Below are positions 39,533 to 49,307 of a stretch of DNA of 64,000 bases, piece by piece. A model generated the notes under the pieces. The model ran no database searches. It saw only the letters and a program-made list of their open reading frames with translations, and was not told the DNA's origin. The stretch covers positions 448,001 to 512,000 of the forward strand of contig OZ271918.1 in assembly GCA_965602015.1 (NCBI GenBank), given 5' to 3'. Within the stretch, counting starts at the first letter, position 1. Every line of letters begins with the position of its first letter. The DNA comes from Salinispira sp. GTDB lineage: Bacteria; Spirochaetota; Spirochaetia; DSM-27196; Salinispiraceae. The translations under genes were made by a program, and so were the position numbers.

Positions 39533-40768
39533 ATAGGCAAATATAAGCAGGTTCTATTAATCCTTGCCGCGCTGCTGTGCACAACTTCCTGTGCCACGGC
39601 GGAAGTACCCAGTTCTTCTCCCAATCCGGGAATCCCGATAATACTTGTACACGGATTCGGGGGCTGGGGCAGGGAATCCCTGGGAGGGCTTGATTATTGG
39701 GGTGGCTTCGAAGACCTCGAGGCTATTCTCCGCCAGCGGGGATACAATGTCATGACCGCAGAGGTCGGTCCGTTTTCCAGCGACTGGGACCGGGCCTGCG
39801 AGCTGTACGCAAATATAAAAGGCGGAACGGTGTACTACGGCGCCGCCCACTCGGCGCGCTACGGTCACCGACGGTTCGGAAGAGAGTATTCGGGTTTGTA
39901 TCCCCAGTGGAGTGAGGAGAACCCGGTAGCCATCATCGGACACAGCATGGGAGGCACCACCGCCAGACTTTTGGCACACCTCGTACGCAACGGAAATCAA
40001 GCAGAGCGCGAATATGCGAATCATTCGCCGCTCTTTGCCTCCGGTCCCCAAAGCATAAAAGCGGTGGTTACTATTTCCAGTCCTCATAACGGAACCAGTC
40101 TTATCAGTTCCGACGGAGCCGTCGATTCCCTTATCGATGCAGTGACCGCTACCTTAAACGGCCTGGCAGGATCTCGGCTCCTTCCGGGATACGACCTAAG
40201 ACTCGATCACTGGGGACTCTCCAGGACCGACGATGAGTCGCTCGTCGATTACATAGAAAGGGTCCGCGATTCAGAGTTTTGGCGCGAGGGGAACCCCGAC
40301 TCGGCCATATCCGGCCTGGCAATAGAATCCATGACCCGGTTTAACTCGGAATATCCGGCGGATCCCGAAGTGGCGTACATAAGCTGGGCCACCAGCGCCA
40401 GTTTTTCCGGTCCGGTTACGAACTATCACTATCCCCAGGTATCAATGCAGGCACTCTTTCTGACCCCGTCGCTTTTTCTCGGCCGTTTTGAGCCCCGGAC
40501 CGGGGAAATAGCGCCCGAACAGTGGTGGGAGAACGACGGCGTGGTGAACAGCATTTCCATGCAGGGGCCCATTCTCGGCAGCGACGATTCCATCCGTCCT
40601 CTGAATGGAGCACCGCTAGCCGGAGTCTGGAATTTCGCCGGCACGCTGGAATCAACGGATCACGCAGATGTCATCGGCATACCATTTTGGGGGCCGTTAG
40701 CCGGCGGGGAGTTTGAGACCGCTGCGGATTTCTACGAGCATCTGTGCAGGATGATTATCGACTTTTAA
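39533..40768 (+). CDS. Lipase lipoprotein (Staphylococcus/Geobacillus-like family); start codon uncertain
   Basis: PIILVHGFGGWG, S.WDRACELY, GHSMGG, SPHNGT, WWENDGVVN, DH.D.IG, with signal peptide ending TTSC. GGAGG RBS is followed by ATA at 39533. Confidence 0.85.
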   Translation: MGKYKQVLLILAALLCTTSCATAEVPSSSPNPGIPIILVHGFGGWGRESLGGLDYWGGFEDLEAILRQRGYNVMTAEVGPFSSDWDRACELYANIKGGTVYYGAAHSARYGHRRFGREYSGLYPQWSEENPVAIIGHSMGGTTARLLAHLVRNGNQAEREYANHSPLFASGPQSIKAVVTISSPHNGTSLISSDGAVDSLIDAVTATLNGLAGSRLLPGYDLRLDHWGLSRTDDESLVDYIERVRDSEFWREGNPDSAISGLAIESMTRFNSEYPADPEVAYISWATSASFSGPVTNYHYPQVSMQALFLTPSLFLGRFEPRTGEIAPEQWWENDGVVNSISMQGPILGSDDSIRPLNGAPLAGVWNFAGTLESTDHADVIGIPFWGPLAGGEFETAADFYEHLCRMIIDF

Positions 40769-40836
40769 TTGCTGCCCGCTGCTGACGGCCGACCCCTCAG
40801 ACTGACCGTCGCACAGAGCTTGTTCGAAGAGCGTAT

Positions 40837-40905
40837 GCACTATCCGATGGCGAGCATTCGCACTATCCGATGGCGAGCATCCGCACTATCCGATGGCGAG
40901 CATAC
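40837..40905. repeat. 3 x 23-bp tandem repeat of the nadA 3' end
   Basis: gcactatccgatggcgagcat(tc/cc/ac) three times, with no spacers. Confidence 0.95.
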
Positions 40906-41884
40906 GCTCGACCGACCGGCGGCCGCGTCGGATTATATCATCCTCGACCTCGACCTTGAATGTAAGATTTTCAAGAGAGTAAATGATTTTGTCGAGGGTA
41001 ATTCTTTTCATATGCGGGCAGGTTTGACAGGTGCTTATGAAGTTCTTTTTCGGGAAGACAGCCCGAAGGTTGTCCCCCATGCTGCATTCGGTGATTAACA
41101 TAACATTCTGCTTGCCGCTGTCCCGGATTACCCCTTCCATCTGGCTGGTGCTTCCGGCGAAATCCGATGCTCCGGTGACGTCGGTGTCGCACTCCGGGTG
41201 GCTTATGACTACCAGATCGTCAAACTGGGCCCGGGCCGCGTCGATATCTTCCTTGGTAAACTGCTCGTGCACCATGCATTTGCCCTTTTCCCAACTGATG
41301 ATCTTTTTGCTTGTCTGCAGGGCGACGTTTTTCGCAAGATAGGCGTCAGGAAGGAATATAACCGAGTCGCTGTCCAACGATTTAACGACCTTCACGGCAT
41401 TAGCACTGGTGCAGCAGATGTCGGTCTCCGCCTTTACCGCGGCGGAACAGTTTACATAGGTGACCACCGGCACCCCTGGGTGCTGTGCCTTAAGGTTGCG
41501 CACCTCCTGCGCCGTGATGCTCTCAGCCAGGGAACAGCCGGCTTCGAGATCGGCAATGAGGACGGTTTTTTCTGGACTCATGATTTTGGCAGTTTCGGCC
41601 ATGAAGTGGACGCCATTGAACAGGATGATGTCAGCATCGGTTTTGGCCGCTTCCCGTGCGAGGCCCAGACTGTCGCCAACGATGTCCGACACGCCGTAGA
41701 ACACATCGGGGGTCATGTAGTTGTGACCTAAAACCACAACGTTCATGTCCTTTTTTAATTGCCTGATTTTCGCAATTTTTTCCATTGCCTCATCCACCTC
41801 GTGGGGAAGAATGGAATGCTCAAGTTTTTCACGGATGTCGTCTATCGATTTTGCTAGGTTCATGGGCAGAAGATACTGTATCAT
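40886..41884 (-). CDS. nadA: Quinolinate synthase
   Basis: [54 protein letters not shown]. Start at 41884 or 41863. Confidence 0.96.
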   Translation of the reverse strand: MIQYLLPMNLAKSIDDIREKLEHSILPHEVDEAMEKIAKIRQLKKDMNVVVLGHNYMTPDVFYGVSDIVGDSLGLAREAAKTDADIILFNGVHFMAETAKIMSPEKTVLIADLEAGCSLAESITAQEVRNLKAQHPGVPVVTYVNCSAAVKAETDICCTSANAVKVVKSLDSDSVIFLPDAYLAKNVALQTSKKIISWEKGKCMVHEQFTKEDIDAARAQFDDLVVISHPECDTDVTGASDFAGSTSQMEGVIRDSGKQNVMLITECSMGDNLRAVFPKKNFISTCQTCPHMKRITLDKIIYSLENLTFKVEVEDDIIRRGRRSVERMLAIG

Positions 41885-41907
41885 ACTTCTTTAAGCAAGA
41901 TTTCATC

Positions 41908-42054
41908 AGTGCCCCGAAAACAGCTGATTTGCGCCTGGCAAAGTACTGTGGGAGAATAATTCAAGCTATTTCTGGCAATGAGCGAAATGAACGGCAGCTA
42001 ATTCCTGTCCCGAAAAAAGATTAGGCAGTTTAAATCAGCTGTTTTCGGGGCACT
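41908..42054. mobile_element. 147-bp MITE-like element, copy 2
   Basis: Perfect 23-bp terminal inverted repeats AGTGCCCCGAAAACAGCTGATTT (41908-41930 / 42032-42054). Confidence 0.75.
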
Positions 42055-42071
42055 ACATATTCCCAGGCACT

Positions 42072-43121
42072 TCAGCTGTTCGCCATTTCTCCGTTGAACA
42101 CCGTCACCCGGTTTTTTCCCGACCGCTTGCTGAGATACAGGGCCTTGTCGGCTTTTTCGATGAGGATTTGGGAATTCTCGTCGCGCTCAGAGTCAAATTC
42201 CGCGATGCCGAGGGACAGGGTCACAGAACAGCTCTGACCTTCGTAGCTAAAACTTGCGTCCTCTACGGCCTTCCGGATGCGTTCGGCGATGTTTCCCGCA
42301 ACATCGAGGGCTGCGCCGGGCAGGAGCACCACAAACTCTTCTCCCCCGTATCGGGCAGCGATGTCGGTCTGACGGATGCACGAAAGGATTATCCGGGAAA
42401 CGCCTATTATAACCTCATCCCCGGTTATATGCCCGTAGGTATCATTCAGGGACTTGAAGTTATCGATATCCATCATAATCAGGCAGAGCTCCTGATTGTT
42501 TCTTCGGCTCATTGCCAACTGGCTCCCGAGACTGTCGAGGAAAAAATGGCGGAGCCGCAAACGGGTCATCACATCGGTGGTGGTAATTTCGTATAAAAAC
42601 GCATTGTGTACCGCAATACCTGCGAGTACCGCGATATTTTCAACATACTTCCTGTCTTCCCCGAGAATATCATGATCGCCTATGGGATCTCCGAGGACGA
42701 GGACGCCGTTAATCACTTCTTTGGCGCGAAGGGGAATTATCAGCGAGGGCTCTAAATCGGCGACCGGAGCCAGGGAATCGCTGTCAATAATTTCCTGGAG
42801 TTCCGCAAGGCTATGGCTCGTGGGATGGTCGTGAAGGAAATCAATGAGTTTGTTTCCCTCGGGGATGATGTGCGAATCTCCGGAATGAACGTCGAAGCCA
42901 ACCTGACTTCGGTGAAGCGCAAGATCCTGGCTTCCGATATCCTTGCGTACAAACAGACCGGCCTTGAGAAGTTTCAGCTGACCCATGCAGATATACAGGA
43001 TCGATTGTATGAGGGCGTGATAATCGAGATTGGAATTCAGGCTCTTGCTTATTTCGATGAGTTGAGTGAGATCGAATATTTTTTTCTCATACTGTTCGAC
43101 AAGCGAGTCGGTTTCTGCCAT
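42072..43121 (-). CDS. GAF-GGDEF diguanylate cyclase
   Basis: GAF-like N-terminus, DIDNFK.LNDTYGH..GD, I-site RQTD, active site RYGGEEF, AD.ALY.SK..GKN. Confidence 0.93.
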   Translation of the reverse strand: MAETDSLVEQYEKKIFDLTQLIEISKSLNSNLDYHALIQSILYICMGQLKLLKAGLFVRKDIGSQDLALHRSQVGFDVHSGDSHIIPEGNKLIDFLHDHPTSHSLAELQEIIDSDSLAPVADLEPSLIIPLRAKEVINGVLVLGDPIGDHDILGEDRKYVENIAVLAGIAVHNAFLYEITTTDVMTRLRLRHFFLDSLGSQLAMSRRNNQELCLIMMDIDNFKSLNDTYGHITGDEVIIGVSRIILSCIRQTDIAARYGGEEFVVLLPGAALDVAGNIAERIRKAVEDASFSYEGQSCSVTLSLGIAEFDSERDENSQILIEKADKALYLSKRSGKNRVTVFNGEMANS

Positions 43122-43222
43122 GCGATAAGATTATACTGATTTTTTTTCATCGTGCTATCAATGCTGTGAAAAAAAAGCCAAATAATAGGCGTTTTTGAAT
43201 AGATTTGATCTTTAACTCGGGT

Positions 43223-43864
43223 TTAATTAAAAATGTGGCGAATGTCGCTGTTGTCTCCCAGGATTTCCAGGAGCTTTTGATGGGCCTCGGAACGCTGAAT
43301 GGACCGCTTTGCCGAGGTTATCAGATTCTGAATACGATTCGCCGTCGAGCTGCTTTCCAAACTTTCCTGGCGTTCCTCCACGGTGAACAGATCGCTGGAT
43401 GAAAGCATAAAACTGAAATCAACCGGGTCCATATGCTCGAGAATTTCCCGGTCCAGGGTTTTGTTATTGAGGTCGGCGAGATGAACGAATAGCTCTACCG
43501 CCTCTTTTTGCAGGCGGAGAGCTTCCCGATGGAGGTCGTCGCTTCCGCAATCATCGAAGTATTTTATTTCCGCCTGCAGAAACAGGCCGCTGTCGTCGAT
43601 GCTTTCCAGGGAAAAGCGCTTTCCCCCTTCTATTAATATGTCCTTGCGCCCGTCATCGTAGCGTTTGATGAGTTTTTGAATTGATGCTGAACAGCCTGTG
43701 GACCTGAAATTGCTGCCGTTGTAGTACACAATTCCGAAGGGTGTGTGATTTTCGAGGCAAAAGTCGACCATCTCCCGATATCGCTCTTCGAATATGTGGA
43801 GAGGTATCCGCATGCCGGGCAGCAGAACTATGCCTAATGGAAAAATGGGTATTTTGTGTTCCAT
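43223..43864 (-). CDS. Stand-alone LON substrate-binding (Lon N-terminal) domain protein
   Basis: IPIFPL..VLLPG...PLHIFE.RY..M, GC, DGR..I...G..RF. Confidence 0.9.
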   Translation of the reverse strand: MEHKIPIFPLGIVLLPGMRIPLHIFEERYREMVDFCLENHTPFGIVYYNGSNFRSTGCSASIQKLIKRYDDGRKDILIEGGKRFSLESIDDSGLFLQAEIKYFDDCGSDDLHREALRLQKEAVELFVHLADLNNKTLDREILEHMDPVDFSFMLSSSDLFTVEERQESLESSSTANRIQNLITSAKRSIQRSEAHQKLLEILGDNSDIRHIFN

Positions 43865-43927
43865 CCTTCTCAATATACAAATTTAAAAACCCTCTCGGAA
43901 AGGGTTTTGTTCCCCCCTGCAGCTTCA

Positions 43928-43956
43928 TTGACGGGTCTTTTTGAAAAAACTATACT
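43928..43956 (+). promoter_or_regulatory. Sigma70-type promoter of pyk
   Basis: TTGACG (43928-43933), 17 bp, TATACT (43951-43956). Confidence 0.75.
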
Positions 43957-44007
43957 TCAGCCTATACTCAGTGTATCCATCCCAATCCCAATTTTACGGA
44001 GTGTACC

Positions 44008-45423
44008 GTGCGAAAACTAACTAAAATCGTCGCAACCATTTCTGATATGAAATGCGACGCCGAGTTTCTCAAGAAACTCTCGGATGCCGGCATGAATGCC
44101 GTTCGTCTGAATACTGCTCATCAGAATCACGAAGACAGCCTCAAGGTCGTGAATTCCGTCCGAAGTTTTTCAGATTCAATCCCGCTGATTCTGGACACTA
44201 AGGGACCGGAAGTCCGAACCACCACCAAAGAATCGGATATTAATGTGAAGACCGGCGATATCGTGAAGATGATCGGCGATCCCGACAAGCTCTCGAGCAA
44301 GGAATGCATATATCTCAATTACCGCGGCTTCGTCGAGGACGTACCGGTTGGCAAAACGGTTCTCATCGACGACGGCGATGTTGCTCTCCTGGTAAAAGAG
44401 AAAAAAGACGGAGCTCTCATTTGCGAGGTGCAGAACGACGGAGAAATCGGCGGTAAAAAAAGCGTCAATGTCCCCGGCGTCCATATACATCTTCCTGCTC
44501 TCAGCGAGCGCGACCGGGGTTACATCGACTTCGCCATCGAACATGATATTGATTACATCGCCCATTCCTTCGTGCGAAACAAAGAAGACGTTCTTGCCAT
44601 CCAGCAAATTCTGGACAAGGGCAAGAGCAGCGCGAAAATTATCGCCAAGATTGAAAATCAGGAAGGCGTTGATAACATCGACGAAATCCTCGACGTCGTT
44701 CACGGCGTTATGGTCGCCCGGGGAGATTTGGGTATTGAAATCCCCGCGGAAAAAATCCCCGCCATTCAGAAAATGCTCATCCGAAAGTGCCGCGAACGCT
44801 GCAAGCCGGTTATAACCGCAACCCAGATGCTCCACACCATGATCAAGAAGCCCCGCCCCACCCGTGCGGAGGTGAGCGATGTGGCTAATGCGGTGTACGA
44901 CGGTACCGACAGTCTCATGCTGAGCGGTGAAACCGCCTACGGCGACTATCCCATCGAATCGGTGAAGATCATGGCAAAAATCGCCCGATCCGCCGAGGAA
45001 GCCACCGACGCTATGGTCAATATCGATGTCGACCCCTCAAGCAAGGTCATCCCCGCATTTCTCGCCCGGACCGCGGTTATCGCGGAGAACAAGATTCCCA
45101 TGACCGGAATCGTTATCGATACGAACAGCGGGCGTACCGCACGTTACATCTCGGCGTTCCGGGGCAACATCCCCATTTACGTTGAATGCTACACCCCCCG
45201 GGTAATGCGCGAGCTCGCGATCACCTACGGCGTAACTGCCAGTTATATGCCTGCCCGTCAGGAGGGAGTTGAAAAGTTCATCCACAAAAGTCTCATGCAT
45301 CTTGTGGAGGACAAGCTCCTGGCCAAGGATGACACCGTCCTGGTGCTCGCCGGCAACTTCGGTCCGTCCACCGGCGCAAGCTTTCTTGAAATCGCCACTG
45401 TGGAGAATATGCTTCAGCTATAG
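44008..45423 (+). CDS. pyk: Pyruvate kinase
   Basis: TKIVATI, RLN.AH, LDTKGPEVRT, IAKIENQEG, MVARGDLG.E, TATQML, PTRAEVSDVANA, MLSGETA.G.YP. Confidence 0.98.
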   Translation: MRKLTKIVATISDMKCDAEFLKKLSDAGMNAVRLNTAHQNHEDSLKVVNSVRSFSDSIPLILDTKGPEVRTTTKESDINVKTGDIVKMIGDPDKLSSKECIYLNYRGFVEDVPVGKTVLIDDGDVALLVKEKKDGALICEVQNDGEIGGKKSVNVPGVHIHLPALSERDRGYIDFAIEHDIDYIAHSFVRNKEDVLAIQQILDKGKSSAKIIAKIENQEGVDNIDEILDVVHGVMVARGDLGIEIPAEKIPAIQKMLIRKCRERCKPVITATQMLHTMIKKPRPTRAEVSDVANAVYDGTDSLMLSGETAYGDYPIESVKIMAKIARSAEEATDAMVNIDVDPSSKVIPAFLARTAVIAENKIPMTGIVIDTNSGRTARYISAFRGNIPIYVECYTPRVMRELAITYGVTASYMPARQEGVEKFIHKSLMHLVEDKLLAKDDTVLVLAGNFGPSTGASFLEIATVENMLQL

Positions 45424-45460
45424 CGCTGTTTTTCCGGTAAATTTACCGGGACAATCGAAC

Positions 45461-45497
45461 GGTCTGCCGGGATTCGACCCGGCAGGCCTTTTTTTTT
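45461..45497 (+). terminator. Rho-independent terminator of pyk
   Basis: GGtCTGCCGGG-attcga-CCCGGCAGgCC followed by 9 T. Confidence 0.9.
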
Positions 45498-45527
45498 CCC
45501 GGGCTTGAGTTATAATTTAACGAAGAG

Positions 45528-46475
45528 GTGATCCCCTTGTACGATCCGGTACGCAAAGCCCGGGATCTGATGCATCTGGGCAAATACAGCGCCGCAAAGA
45601 AAATCTATGAGGATCTCAGCTCCCGGGACCCCCGCAACGACCGCTACCATTTCCAGCTCGGCATGTGCCATCTGGCCGATCAGGATATGACTCTCGCCAG
45701 GAAGTCTTTCGAAGATTGCCTGAATATTAATCCTTCCCACATCGAGGCGCTCATAGAACTGGGGGATATCCACTTTAAAAATGGTGAGGATGACCTGGCC
45801 CTGGAACTGCTCAACCGCGGCTGTCAGCTCGATCCGGGACACGCCCGTGCCCATACCTATCTGGCCAGGTTGTATGAACATATGGAAAATTTCCCCCGGG
45901 CCATAGAACATTACAACCGGGCCGTCGAAGGCAGCTCGGCCGGGGAAAGTCCCCGGCACGATTTGGCCCTGGCCCACAGTCACAACGGAGATTATCTCGA
46001 GAGCTACCTCATACTTCAGGAGCTTTTGGACGAGGCGGACCTAGGTCTGCTGTGGAGCCGCATCAACCGCACCGAGGCTGACCTCAAGGAACTCAACATA
46101 AATGCCACCGAAGATTATATCAGTATGCTCAAAAACGAGATGGATGAGGTCGAGCAGCTGTACTTTGTCAAACACCAATTCTCGATTCACTACACCAAGA
46201 GCATTCTCGATGCCCTGGAGCGGTTTTTATCGCTTTCCGAAAAGGAAATACAGGAAGTGCGCAACGAAATCCGGATGCTCAGCCATCTCGGGCTGGGGTT
46301 CAGCGGCGATACCGCCCGTTTCGAACTTCACAGCATAAAGGGGCAGTACAGCGGATTCCAGCTCGGCTGCTATTTGTATACCGCGGAGCAGCTTACCCAC
46401 AGCCGACCGAGCATGGGGGCAAGCTACCACAGCGCTTTTATCCACGCCTTGGATTTTATTCAGAATCACAACTGA
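45528..46475 (+). CDS. Tetratricopeptide repeat protein
   Basis: About five consecutive TPR motifs (e.g. YHFQLGMCHL...A...F...L.INP....A...LG), then an uncharacterised C-terminal domain. Confidence 0.88.
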   Translation: MIPLYDPVRKARDLMHLGKYSAAKKIYEDLSSRDPRNDRYHFQLGMCHLADQDMTLARKSFEDCLNINPSHIEALIELGDIHFKNGEDDLALELLNRGCQLDPGHARAHTYLARLYEHMENFPRAIEHYNRAVEGSSAGESPRHDLALAHSHNGDYLESYLILQELLDEADLGLLWSRINRTEADLKELNINATEDYISMLKNEMDEVEQLYFVKHQFSIHYTKSILDALERFLSLSEKEIQEVRNEIRMLSHLGLGFSGDTARFELHSIKGQYSGFQLGCYLYTAEQLTHSRPSMGASYHSAFIHALDFIQNHN

Positions 46476-46529
46476 ACCCGTCGACTCTACGCTGATGCGG
46501 GGCGGAAGAACCGCCCCTTGACCTGCTCC

Positions 46530-49280
46530 CTATACCGAGTTTCGCGAAGCGTTAATGGAAGCCATCAGGCTCTTTATAATAAGCTTTTCCAGAATCTCTT
46601 CCTGACGCTGGCGATCGGCGTCAAGGTATTTTCCGCTTTTCTCATTGTCTGCGCTGTGGAGCTGGCGAAGTTTCTGTAGGGCATACTGCTGGATAACCGT
46701 CACCGGCAGAATCATGCTTTCCCGCAGGGCGATTGATTCGCGAATTACCGGATCTATTTCAAGGAGATTCTTCTGTCCTGAAATTGACCGCAGCATTTCC
46801 CGGGTGATGTGGGCTTCGCCTTTCAGGATGCGGTAGAACTCCCCAAAATCCTTATCCTGCTCAAGATACCCGGTGAGCGGGAAGTACGACTTGCTCAGGC
46901 TTTGCATGGAATTCTCCATAAGCGTCCTGAAAAACAGACTGCTGTGGTACAGGTTTTCTATTTGCGCCCCATAGCCTTTATCAACCAGGGTCTTTAATGC
47001 GGTGCCCAGGCCGAAATAACCCGGAACGTTTTGTTTCATCTGGCTCCATGCCCCGACGAAGGGGATAGCCCGCAGACTGTCCAAACTCAGGGCGGCGTTC
47101 CGGCGGCTCGGACGGCTGCCGATGTTTGTGCGGCCGTAGTATTTCAGCGGGGTGCGTTGTTCCAGGTAGGGTATGAACTGAGGGTGGTTTCGCAGTTCAA
47201 GGTAGCGCTTATTTGCGAGTTTTGATAGCTCGTCGATGAGTTCCCGGTCTTCCGGTTTGATATCCGCTGTTTCCGACGGAAAAAGGTTGTTTTCTATTCC
47301 CGCGCTGACAATTTGCCCCAGATTATAAGCCGCCAGATCCTCGGTTCCGTAACTTGAGCTGATGGTCTGGCCCTGGAGGGTGAGCTGGATGCTTCGGCTG
47401 TCAATCGTCCGGCCGAGACTCCGGTAGAACTTGTGGGTATTCCCGCCGCCCCGCGCAGGGGGGCCTCCCCGGCCGTCGAAGAACAGTACCCGCACGCCCC
47501 GGCCGGCGGAAATCTTTGTCAGAGCTTCTTTGGCCAGATAAATCTCCCAGTTCGCGGTGACATAGCCGCCGTCCTTGGTTCCGTCGGAAAATCCGAGCAT
47601 GATGTGTTGGCGCTTGCCCCGTTGCTTGAGGTGTTCGGCGTATGCGGGAAATTTGTACAGGGCGGACATAATATCCGGAGCGTGATGCAGGTCGTCCACG
47701 GTTTCGAACAGCGGAACAATGTCCAGCGGCAGAATCTCAGGTTCATATCCGCTGATGACTGCCAATAGCCAGACTTCAAGAATATGGCTGGCCCGTTCGC
47801 TGTGACTGATGATGTAGCGGTGCGCTCCGATTTCTCCGTTCCGCGTCTGGATTTCCCGAATAACCGGAAAACTCATAAGGCAGTCCCGTTCGACCTCATC
47901 GGTAATGCCGTCAAGGAAGCTCTTGTACAGTTCCCGGCGGCGGCGGGGATCCATGGCGCTGATGCTGTCAGCCAGGGAATTAATGAGATCAAGCCGTCTC
48001 ATCTCATCGAGTTCTTCATAGGATTTTTCACCCGCGAGGGTTTCCGCCATGGCCTTCGAGCCCAACTTACCCTCGGCTATGCGGGAAAAGAGCTTTGCCA
48101 CCAGTTCGCTGTGCACACCTGAGTCCTGGCGAATGTCCAGACTGGCAAAATGAAAACCGAAACAGCGAACCTGATATATAAGGTTTTCCAGTAGCTCGAT
48201 AAACAGGCTCCGATGACGGCTGATCACAATGCTCCGAAGTTCAAGCAGGTCGGAAATCAGCTGTTCAGCCGAGTGATAGCCTTCATCGCTGACCTCCACA
48301 ACAAAAACCTGCTTTTCCCCGCTCTCCTCCCGGTACGGCTTCTGACTATCAAGCACCTGTTGGACGGGATCGAGGGTGTTCCCCAGGCGATCGATAATAG
48401 ATTGCAGGCGTTCCATTACTCCGTCGAACGTAAGCCTCCGGCTCAAGGCTTTTAACTCCCTGATGTACAGACCGAGAATTGACCTGCGCAGATTCGTTCC
48501 TACCTGACGGGTAATGTCCGGGGAAACAAAGGGATTTCCGTCCCGGTCGCCTCCCGGCCAAAATCCCAGTTCCACTATCCCCGGCATGGAGAGGGCGGCT
48601 TCCCGGTCCGGGCAAATGTCTCCGGTGAGTTGGGCGTGCAGCCCGGGGATCACTTCGAACATCACGTTTTCCAGCGTCCACATCAGGGAATGGGCCTCAT
48701 CGAGGGGCGATGGTTTTTGCTGCTTTTTGAAGCGGGTATTGCCCATCTGGAGCAGCAAATTATTTATTTCATTGATGTCGCTGCGGTCGAGGGAATCCAC
48801 CAGGTCGCTGAGTATGCCCAGTACCTGATCGGTGTAAAACTGGGTGGGGTGAGCCGTTAACACCACCCGCACGCGGTACTCCTCCAGGAAATTCTGATAC
48901 TCATCCACCTGTTCCAGTCGCTCGATCCTGTTCAGAATGTCCTTTATTGAACCGGGACCCTGGGTATCGACGAATCTGGTGAAGGCGGCGTCTTCCAGGG
49001 CATCGAATAGCACGACCTGTCGCTCGGTAAGCCTGAGAAAGCGGAACAGGTCGTCCTTGATGTCCTTGAAGGACTCGGCCCCGACCCGTTTCTCAAAAAA
49101 TTCCTCCACAAGTTCCAGCGGCGAACCGCCGGCTTCCAGCCCGTTTCGGCAAAATTCCGAAAACACCGGCAGCAAAATGCCCGAACTCTTTACATCGGGG
49201 AAGGGAAGGTTGAGGAAGAGGCCATTGTATATCTGGAACTTCATGCCTACCTGTTGGTGGAAAGCGCTGAGATTTTTCAC
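46530..49280 (-). CDS. ppc: Phosphoenolpyruvate carboxylase
   Basis: VLTAHPTQ, W.GGDRDGNP, LDIRQ, VPLFET..DL, MLGFSD..KDGG, FDGRGG...RGGG, NIGSRP, LRAIP, C-terminal RNSV. Confidence 0.95.
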   Translation of the reverse strand: MKNLSAFHQQVGMKFQIYNGLFLNLPFPDVKSSGILLPVFSEFCRNGLEAGGSPLELVEEFFEKRVGAESFKDIKDDLFRFLRLTERQVVLFDALEDAAFTRFVDTQGPGSIKDILNRIERLEQVDEYQNFLEEYRVRVVLTAHPTQFYTDQVLGILSDLVDSLDRSDINEINNLLLQMGNTRFKKQQKPSPLDEAHSLMWTLENVMFEVIPGLHAQLTGDICPDREAALSMPGIVELGFWPGGDRDGNPFVSPDITRQVGTNLRRSILGLYIRELKALSRRLTFDGVMERLQSIIDRLGNTLDPVQQVLDSQKPYREESGEKQVFVVEVSDEGYHSAEQLISDLLELRSIVISRHRSLFIELLENLIYQVRCFGFHFASLDIRQDSGVHSELVAKLFSRIAEGKLGSKAMAETLAGEKSYEELDEMRRLDLINSLADSISAMDPRRRRELYKSFLDGITDEVERDCLMSFPVIREIQTRNGEIGAHRYIISHSERASHILEVWLLAVISGYEPEILPLDIVPLFETVDDLHHAPDIMSALYKFPAYAEHLKQRGKRQHIMLGFSDGTKDGGYVTANWEIYLAKEALTKISAGRGVRVLFFDGRGGPPARGGGNTHKFYRSLGRTIDSRSIQLTLQGQTISSSYGTEDLAAYNLGQIVSAGIENNLFPSETADIKPEDRELIDELSKLANKRYLELRNHPQFIPYLEQRTPLKYYGRTNIGSRPSRRNAALSLDSLRAIPFVGAWSQMKQNVPGYFGLGTALKTLVDKGYGAQIENLYHSSLFFRTLMENSMQSLSKSYFPLTGYLEQDKDFGEFYRILKGEAHITREMLRSISGQKNLLEIDPVIRESIALRESMILPVTVIQQYALQKLRQLHSADNEKSGKYLDADRQRQEEILEKLIIKSLMASINASRNSV

Positions 49281-49307
49281 TGTATGCTCCGCTGCCGCAG
49301 CGGAGTA

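Noticed and set aside
40837..40905. Mini CRISPR array
   Set aside because: Units are contiguous with no spacers and are copies of the nadA 3' end.
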